NCBI RefSeq assembly: GCF_009914755.1
Contig: NC_060944.1
Length of the DNA: 64,000 nt
Reading direction: 5' to 3' (one strand)
DNA from: the human T2T-CHM13v2.0 reference genome, Homo sapiens
Shown here: positions 15,243 through 64,000 of the stretch, piece by piece
Layout of the letters: each line of letters opens with the position of its first letter
Position numbering within the stretch: position 1 is the first letter of the stretch
Made by a program: the position numbers and the translations under genes
The notes under the pieces: generated by a model
What the model saw: only the letters and a program-made list of their open reading frames with translations
What the model was told of the DNA's origin: nothing
Database searches by the model: none

Positions 15243-16674
15243 ACACACACACAAACACACGGGGCCTCACAGAGCCCTCAGCACGGGCTCTCGCGAGAAG
15301 CTGCCCCAAGCTCCAAATCTGAGCGGCCGAAGTATCGCGAGACCTAAGTATGGCTCCGGCGACCGTAGCCCAATCTCGCGCAATGATTGCGCCACAGATA
15401 TTCCCATCCCCCATTCAGTGAGGCGCCTTTCACTCCCCCTCCGCGTAAGCACCCAAATCTCGCGAGACAGAGCGGGTCTCTAGGGCAAAGACAGTTGGTA
15501 GGCTGCCTGTCAATCTTTCAGAGAGCTCTTCGCTGAGTGGAGCTCAGCGGTCACCTCCCCCTCGTGGCGCCTCCTCACGGCCATCTGAAGATTCCTCCGG
15601 CACAGCCGATCGCCCCCGCTCCGGCCTCCCACACAGATGGCTGTCAAGGTCGCCATAAGGCAACCTAGTCCTTATGGCGATAGGATAAAACGGCCATATT
15701 CAGATTATCCGCTGAGGGTGGAGAGGAAGTGGAAAAGTGTATCAGAAGGCCAGAAGAAGAGATCTTTAGGGGTAGGGGGAGAGGGGGAGATAATAAAAAT
15801 AGATTTCCCTGTCATTTGGAGCCAATGGCGCGGCCTCCACTGTCGAGCTTTGAAACAACCTTGGAAATAGTGGAGAAAAGCAAAAAAAAGGTGGAAAAAA
15901 TAAACTCTTGCTTCCCTTGGCATGGGATCAGTTTTGTGCCCCGAATTTAATCAGCTCTTGTGTCAGGGTTGCTACCGTTCCTTCAAAAATGTTCCCCTTC
16001 CTGAATATTACTGGACGATTTGGTGAAAAAATAAGACACCCCCCCAACAAAAAAAAAAAGGCCCCCTTCCCCCTGGGACCTGGCTCCTCTCCCCTGAAGT
16101 CTTCTAGATGCCAGGTAATTAGAGTATGAATTAGCCATTTGTTCTTTGGTCAGTACTGTGTGAGGTTTCCTCCTAGATGCTGGGAAAAAAAACTGGAAAG
16201 AAGTCTTCAAAGCAAAAATCTTACCCTCTAATCTTAACAGTCTAATGATTGAGGGCAGAAAAGATTGGAAATGAGACGCCTTGATTAGTGTAACTAGCTG
16301 CTGCAACACTGTGTGACCTTGGACAAGCAAATTAACCTCTCAGAGGGGATCTTTCATTTCCTGATTTAAAAGAGGACGTACTTAGTAGCTAGTCTAAGCT
16401 ACTTGAGACTGAGGAAGGCAGGTAATGCTCAGTACTGAATTTTTAGAGGTTAGCAGGGCATGTCTGCCCAAGTGGACCCTCAGTAAATTAATGAATGAAG
16501 GCTCAGAAGGGCTATAGTGAAGATTAAATGATATAATGTCTGTAAAACGCCTGGTAAATATTTGATCTTCAAAACAGCTAACTTCTGTTTCTGCTAAACA
16601 AAATTATTTAGAGCAAATATAGATGTTAAGTGGTTTTGCCTCTCAGGTTAACTTTACACACAGGTTAGGATTTA

Positions 16675-23036
<6,362 letters not shown>

Positions 23037-24331
23037 TGAATGAAATACATTGAAATGATCAGACTATAATGGAAGTGATCACAGAATCTGCTTCTGAAAG
23101 TAGCTGATTTATGTATTTTATCAGAGCAGTTAGGGAGATTTTTTTCCAACATTTTATTATGAATATTCTCAAACAGAGGTTGAGAGAATAGTACAGATGC
23201 CCACCATCTATTTTACGTTTAACATTTTTCAATGTTTGCTATATCACATATTCATCTATCCCTTTGTCCATCCATTCATCCAACCTAATTTCTGTGTGCT
23301 TTTCAAAGCAAATTGCAGACATCAGTATACTTTATTTCTAAACACTTCAGCATTGCATAATCTTAACTAGAGTTTTTTTTTTAATCTTAACTAGAGTTTA
23401 ATAGTGTTCACAATATTTTTAAATGACATAATATTTACATATGGCAAAACACACAAATCTTAAATGTACCAATAGATTAGTTCTGACAAATGCTTACAAA
23501 TCGGGTAATGTTCTGTTAACTTTATTAAGTAAAGAAATAGCAGACACAGGCACAGAGGGTCAGAGAAAGCAGTATATTTTGTCCCAAAATATCCTGATTT
23601 GACAACCGGAGAAATGGATAAACCATTGCAAATTAGGAGGCAGAGTATTGTTTAAAAACATCTGCTAACAGAAGCAAAAATAATGCAGTCGGGCACAGCA
23701 TTGCAAAAGATTTAGGAATTAAGCAAATCTAGCAATAGAGAGGAAGATTCTGCTGACAAGGCATCACATGATGGAGATATACCTTGAAAATGAAGGATGG
23801 CAAACAAAAGAAGCATCAACTCAATAGTGGTTTTGAATGAAAGGCATGTGATTTCATGATATGAATGAATGACCTTGTACAATGAATAGCCCAGAAAGAC
23901 ACAGCATCTCTGAAAGGATGTAGCTAATAAACTCATTCTTTTGGGGTCTGAAAAAAATAGGTTCTTAACAGTCATTTTCTGTAAGAGGTCTACAGACATA
24001 CATCTTGCCCAAACATCTCTAAATAACCAGCTCCCTAGCCTACCTAGGTGGCAGGAACCTGTAATCTCAGCTACTCAGGAGGCTGAGGTGGGAGGACTTC
24101 TTGAGCCCCGGAATTCATGTACAGCCTGGGAAACACAGTGAGACTCCATCTCTAAAATAAGTGAAATAAATAACCAGATGCCATCTCAATATATAAATGA
24201 AACATCAGAGTTGGAATATGTGCATCATAGACATGAATTGTATGCTATTGTTGTAAAGGAGCAAGGGATGCCGGGCGCAGTGGCTCAAGCCTGTAATCCC
24301 AACACTTTGAGAGGCTGAGGTGGGGGGATCA

Positions 24332-26858
<2,527 letters not shown>

Positions 26859-26863
26859 AATAG

Positions 26864-30080
<3,217 letters not shown>

Positions 30081-30109
30081 GTTTTTTCAACACTTACAGA
30101 ACTAGTCTC

Positions 30110-30490
30110 ATTGCCTCTTCTTCAGAGATACCAGCACCTGGCTGCCCAATGCCCCATACTCACAAGTCTGGTTTCTACCCCTTGGGGTTCTTCCTCTGAG
30201 TTCAGAGACACGAGCACCTGTCAATCAATACCTCCTCCTCAGAGGTCTGAGTGTCGGCTGTGTTTGGCCACTCCCCCTCTAAATTTCTATGTTTTAATAA
30301 CTCCAACCTCTTCCTTTTGTTCCCTCAGCCCTAGGGGTGGTAGCTGTTCCTACAGTTACTACCACCATGAAACTTTAGGTTTCGCCTTTTACTTCTTCAG
30401 TTACTTAGTTAACAATCCACTAAGTTACACTGTCTCTGTCCAAATGCCATGTGATTTCTACCTCCTTACAGGACCTTGACTAATATATAA
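30110..30490 (+). mobile_element. Probable old ERVL-class solo LTR
   Basis: CCTAGGGGTGGTAGCTG internal motif and terminal GGACCTTGACTAATATA resemble ERVL LTR ends (..CCCTGACTGATACA); subfamily not determinable by eye. Confidence 0.5.
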
Positions 30491-30982
30491 GGATTGTTAT
30501 TTATCCTTCAAGGTCCAGTTCAAGTGCTGCCTTCTAATGTGTCTTTTCCATTATCCTCAGTTAAAATTATCCATCCAGTTAATTCATAATGTCTTTCTTG
30601 AAAAGCCAATAGGCGTTTGTTTTTATAATTATATGCCCAGTCACACTCATATGCCTACTCACATCTCTTTGTTGTCCTACAGTTATACTGAAACTTCTTT
30701 ACTCAAATTAACTCTGATCCAAAAAAATTGCCTACCAATTATAATAGAGAAGAGTAGGTATAGAGCAAGAAGGAACAAACATGGGTTCTAATCCATTCAA
30801 TTACATAATGTAATTCTGCACAGTTTACTTAAACTCTCAGTTAAATTTGTTTCTCTAGCCTCACAGACGGCTCTGAGGATTAAGTAGAATAAATGTGGAA
30901 AGGATTAAGTAAGATAATATGTGTGAAGCATTTACCACAGTGCCTGTCTAATGCCCCAAGTATTCAATAAATATAAACTATT

Positions 30983-40989
<10,007 letters not shown>

Positions 40990-42119
40990 TAGTGACTAGG
41001 ACAAGAATACAAAATGCTTTCCTTTCCTTCCGACTGCTCCCTCCCTCCTTGTAATCATGCAAAATGCAGGAAGTAATTTGGAATTCCTAGTTAATTCTCC
41101 TCCCCCTCACTTGGAGAGCAGTGAAGGCCTGGGGAGTTCGGGAACTTTCCGTGGAGCCCAGACTGGAGAGACGTCCGGCCAGGGCCAAGACAACCTGCTT
41201 CCCTTGGGCCTCTGGTGCCTTGTTGAGGTCTTGGACCTTTCAGATGCTACTGTGACTGTGGTTTCCGGCTTCCTGAGTTCTCACACTCAGCTTGGTGCTG
41301 CAGAGATCACACCCCAGTTCCTGCTTTTGGGGACTGACATGCTCAAGTTTGGTGATACTCAGTACATGGGGTCTGTGAGATCTAGAGGGCTTACTTTTCT
41401 GTTTTAGTTTCCCTCTTTTCCCTTAACAGACTCACTGTAAGTGCTTTAGGGTTGCATAAGGATAGAGTATAGAGGTTTGCTGGGTAGACATTGAGAAAGA
41501 TCAGTTTCCTAATTGAATATTTTATCTCATGTTGGATCTTTAATTCTGCTTCTCTTTAGCTAGGAATATTTTGAATATGCTGAATCTAGTAAAAAAGAAA
41601 TTAGAAATGAAGTTGTATAGAACTTTGTAGTTCAGTACATTTTCTCACATATTATTGAACTTAAACGTGACAATTCTGCGTTGGTAGATATATATTATCC
41701 CATTGAGTAAAAAAAGTGAATATTGAAGAAAAGCAATGCCTACAGAGAGTGACAACTCTTCCATGCAGGTAGATGCTTTTTGTGCTATCCTATACTTTGT
41801 ATGGATGCACACAGGGTTTCATTGTGGAGCTCTCAGCTTATGGGCTGGGACTACAGTTTTGAAATACAGTATTAGTAAGATGCTGGGGAGGATCTTAAGG
41901 CAGAAGGTAGATGTTACTTCTGGTCTAAAGTCAGTGGACTTTAGACCAAAATCTTGTAAACTGGAGCTCTCTGGCTAGCATTCCATTAATATTCAGTTCA
42001 GAAGAAGCTGGTAAGTCAAATTTCTGCAAGTTTTTACATCAGAAAGAGCTTAGCTCACAAGGTACTTTTTTCTCATCTGTATTCAGTTATTTTTCCCTGA
42101 TCAGTGTCAGTCTCCTTCC

Positions 42120-42440
42120 AACCCTCACTTCCCATCTTGGGGAGTACCCTTAGGGGCAGGTCATTCCTCTCTTCTTTCCCTGGCAGGCTGGACTCATCCA
42201 TGTGACCTGAGATTGGCCAATCGACAGTGGCTGCTGGCCAAGACCTTGCCTCTTGAGTGAGTGACTCAAAGACAAAGGGATACTAAGATTGAATCACAGC
42301 AGTGGTGCGCAGTGTTGCTGGGGGCAGCAGCTGTTGTTGCTCTTTCTTGGTGGAGCTGTCCTTGTGCCTGTTTGTTTTCCAAGCCTGCACTCCTGTTGTA
42401 GCTCAGGGGCCCTTGTAACATATTTCTCTTTTGCTTGCCA
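42120..42440 (+). mobile_element. Possible LTR16-like ERVL LTR remnant
   Basis: CATGTGACCTGAGATTGGCCAATC and a TTTCTCTTTTGCTT tail resemble the LTR16 family; weak match. Confidence 0.35.
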
Positions 42441-42794
42441 TGATTACTTCACCAGTCTGTGAGCTCCTCGAGAGCAGGGCCTAAGTCTCATTGTGCTCTG
42501 AGTGTTTGGTGCCCATCTTGAATTTGACTCTCGGTAAATGCAGGTTGAATAAGTAAAGAAACATGCTATATTTATACGGGGCTACAGAGTCTGGAGTTCT
42601 TGGCATTATTGTGGTTGGGGGGCAAAAAGTTCTTTGTGTGCTACCATAGCCACTGACATCTGAGCAATTTCATATTAATAAACATAAACCCAGAGGATCT
42701 TGGGAAGGCCCTTCCTATATGTGAGCACTTACTTGACTGAGTGGCACTGATTCTCAAATTGCTGATTTTTTAAAAAGTATGAAATGTATCATGA

Positions 42795-44268
<1,474 letters not shown>

Positions 44269-44789
44269 CTCATATTCTTTTGGGGTGGCTTCAACTCCGA
44301 CCTTCGTCCCCAGAGAAAATACAGCTCCTTATCCTTAGCAGCAATTGGAAACCTTTCTAGGAGTTAATGATAAAGTGGGGGAGAAATGAGTGCAAAGGCT
44401 CTGAGATGAGAAGAACCTGGATTGTTAGCGGAGTTGAAGGACACTGAGAATGTGGGGGAGCTGGATTCGTGAGGATAAGAAAGCAGCAGGTCAGGTCCAG
44501 ACTTTGAAGAGCCTGGTAGATAGTCTAGGTGAAGAGTTAGATCTTAATCCGGAGTAGGGAGGGAAACGAGCTTTGAGCAGGGGATGGCGTTTTGAAAAGA
44601 CCTCTCTGCCGGTGTACGAAGAATGGATTAGAACGGCGAAGAGTAATAGGGTGGAAACCATCTTCATCTTGGAGAGAGATGGTGGTCGCTTCGATGGAGA
44701 AATGGGAAGCTTTGAGACGCATTTAGGTGGCAAAATTAACGGGTGATGGATAGCGTCCATTCCCCGGCTTCGGTGATCTCAGTGATTAC

Positions 44790-45425
44790 GAGTGAGTGGG
44801 GACTTCGTGTTCCTGCTAGGGCGCGGGCCTGTTTCCCGCGCGTCAGGGTAGTGGGCGTGGCCTGCGCAGGCCGTTGCCACAGTGATCGGGCAGACGGGGC
44901 AGGGGGCGGGGCAGCTGGGACCTTACGTCACTCGGTGGTGGCGATGATGCGTGTGTGTGGGGGGCGGGGCATACGCTGGGCGCGTCCCGGGGGTCACGTG
45001 GTGCAGAGCACGCAGAGTCCTTCTGTCGGTTGGTCCTGGAGCGGCGCAGCCGGAGTGGGGCCGTGAGGTGAGCTCGCGGCCAGGCGAAGCCGGCCGGCCG
45101 GGCCGGGTTGGGCCGGGCCCGCGCTGCGCGCGCGCCGTGCGGGCGGGGACGGCGACGGACGCCACCGCTGCTTCGGTCCCCTGCCCGGCCCCGCTCCCCG
45201 CCTGGCCCCGCTCGCCCAGCCTGGAGGGAGGCCCTGGGACTGCTGCTGAGAGCGTGGCGGGCGTGCGAGCGGTGCCCAATCCCCGGGGCTACCCGCAAGA
45301 GTGGCGGCGGCTGCCGCCAATCAGCGCCGCCCGAGGGGGCTGGGCCGTGGGGTGCGGGCCCGGGGCGCGGAGCGGGCCGTGTTGGGGGTGCGGGTAAGCC
45401 CTAGGGCCCGAGCCTGAGCTGTGTG
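44790..45425 (+). promoter_or_regulatory. PHF20: CpG island / promoter of the plus-strand gene (PHF20)
   Basis: Very GC/CpG rich. E2F-like TTTCCCGC 44832, palindrome GGCCTGCGCAGGCC 44859-44872, GC boxes 44903 and 44961, CRE-like TTACGTCA 44923, E-box GTCACGTG 44993. Gene identity comes from recalled synteny with RBM39. Confidence 0.8.
44970..45067 (+). other. PHF20: PHF20 non-coding exon 1 (TSS approximate)
   Basis: Strong donor GAG|GTGAGC at 45067/45068, just after the motif cluster. No coding exon found in the remaining 19 kb, consistent with a long first intron. Confidence 0.72.
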
Positions 45426-45504
45426 GGCACCTAGAGCCTCATCAGCAGCCTCTGCTATTGCCTTGCGCTTTGGGAATATGTTTTTTAAAATTGGCTTTTT
45501 TTAT

Positions 45505-46230
45505 CCTATTCTGGGGAGCACATTCCTTTCTCAAGACCCCAAATATGGGAGTGTCCCTTTTCTCTATAGTTTTGAAAACTGGGCGGCACACCCCCTTTCT
45601 TAAGCTCTAGCTCTGGAATTTTATCTAAATTTCTAAAAGCCCTCCCCCCCCCAAATTTAGGGCGTACCCTCTTCCGTCAGCCCCCAAAGTGGGAGCACAT
45701 TCCTTTTTTCGGGCCTCCAATTTGATTCTGCATTTCCGTTCCAATTTAGAGGTTCACCCTGTTATCGGGTCCTCAGATCTGGGGTCCATTAGCTAAAGTT
45801 TTGGGATACTTTCTTGTATCCCCTCTACTCCAAGGAAGAATTCCCCTTTTCCAGGTCCCAAATCTGACAGCATGCCTTCTGGAATTTCTTACATTTAGGG
45901 GCCACTTCCTTTCCTCAGCCCTTCAAACCTGAGGTTGGGCCGAAAACAATGTCCAAATTTTGAAGTTTATGGGTACTTATTTCCAGTTTCACAAATAAGG
46001 GAATTCACTGCCTTCTCCCGAGACTGTATTATTGGGGTTACACACTTTTCACGTGTTCCCCAAATCAAACTACCTTATTTCCTGAAGGAGACTCATTTTC
46101 ATATCTGGGAGTATATTTGTTTCTTGTGCCCCCCAAATGTACGAGGTGAACCCCTTTTAGTTATACAACTCTCAGAGTGCAGCCACTTTCCAGATGCTTC
46201 TTAAATTTGGGGGGCACACCTTTTTGTGAG
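45505..46230 (+). repeat. Degenerate ~33-35-bp repeat array, consensus approx. CCCCAAATTTGGGRGCACAYYCCTTTTC
   Basis: Exact 16-mer GGGAGCACATTCCTTT at 45514 and 45691; related units near 45541, 45575, 45651, 45743, 45893, 46103 and 46203. Confidence 0.6.
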
Positions 46231-46963
46231 TCCTCTCATTTCCAGGTGGCGAGTGGTCTGTGGTTTTGAGCATGCCTTCCTACCCTGTTTAGCTTTTCTG
46301 TCATCCAAGACATTTTCATTCCTCAGTTTCCTTCCCTTTTTGGAGCCACACTCCCCTTGAGGTGCTTTCCCCAGTCTGGTCAGTGCACCCATTTCCTCTT
46401 CCTCTGGCGAGTGCGTATCTTTGTTCAGCACGGCACTTTTCTCTGTGCTTCTGCGGGCTTTTCTTCTGAGCACACTTCCCAGAGTCACACCTCCTGAATT
46501 CTCCTCTCCTCCCAGGGAAGGATTCCTCTCCTAAAGGGCTACCAGCACATTGTTTTTGATAGGCCTATCTTTTATCTTTCCGCTAGCAGGATCTCTTCTC
46601 TCTTGGCTTGCCCAATCCCCAAACATTTTTCTGGTTTCTGTCTTTCTTTGGAATTGTTCTGTTTACCTAGTGGCTATAAAGATTTTCCTTGTGCTGGAGG
46701 TGGCCTCAAGTCTAGGACTGCCTGGGCCCCCAGCGCTGGATTCAAAGTGGAAACCATTTCTTTGGTTAATCACAGGACTCTGAATCCTCCTGGTGGTTTA
46801 CTTCTAGAAGACCTAAGATTCTGTTTAGGTGCATACTGTTTTCTCCTTTGCTTTATCTCCTTGTGCTGGAAAACAAAAACAAACAAAACTCTCAGATTTT
46901 TCCAGCACTGCTTCTAGCCCATAAACTTCTTCCCTATATTGGCTTTCTTACTATCTTTTATGA

Positions 46964-64000
<17,037 letters not shown>

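Larger units (their letters stand above)
14540..15860. promoter_or_regulatory. RBM39: CpG island / RBM39 promoter
   Basis: High CpG density without Alus. TCTCGCGAGA-type motifs at 15289, 15333, 15374 and 15458; YY1-like AAATGGCGGC at 15197; CCAAT near 15823. Confidence 0.85.

Noticed and set aside
23650-24030. Purine-rich unique stretch resembling a decayed coding fragment
   Set aside because: No recognisable parent, several stops, no clear tail or TSD; needs BLASTX.
44743-45404. Long Gly/Ala/Arg/Pro-rich ORFs over the CpG island (also 14621-15483)
   Set aside because: Stop codons are scarce in GC-rich DNA; the ORFs overlap in many frames and match no protein I recognise.
45505-46230. CRISPR-like repeat-spacer array
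   Set aside because: Eukaryotic context, highly degenerate units, no constant repeat with unique spacers, no cas genes.

Overview
Primate (most likely human, 20q11.2) genomic DNA, very Alu-rich, with no prokaryotic features. It holds the 5' ends of two divergently transcribed genes about 30 kb apart. On the minus strand is RBM39 (CAPERalpha/HCC1 splicing factor): CpG-island promoter near 15.2-15.5 kb, non-coding exon 1, coding exons 2-6 (N-terminus and RS domain; the gene continues past position 1) and a 73-nt poison exon. On the plus strand is a CpG-island promoter, non-coding first exon (~44.97-45.07 kb) and long first intron, assigned to PHF20 from recalled gene order because no coding exon is in the window. 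Between them is an RPF2 (Brix-domain) processed pseudogene with a 20-bp target-site duplication, inserted in an old L1M 3' end. The rest is Alu clusters, L1M/L2/MIR/Tigger1/MER5/ERVL-LTR fragments and microsatellites. The most interesting signals form a layered RBM39 expression-control architecture: a duplicated exon-2 acceptor creating a uORF; a second intron-2 cassette that stops the ORF but supplies a strong-Kozak in-frame restart AUG; an in-frame candidate alternative last exon; and a stem-loop beside the exon-5 branch point. A degenerate ~33-35-bp repeat array lies behind the plus-strand promoter. I see no evidence of a wholly new biological system; these are testable hypotheses and some may already be annotated.
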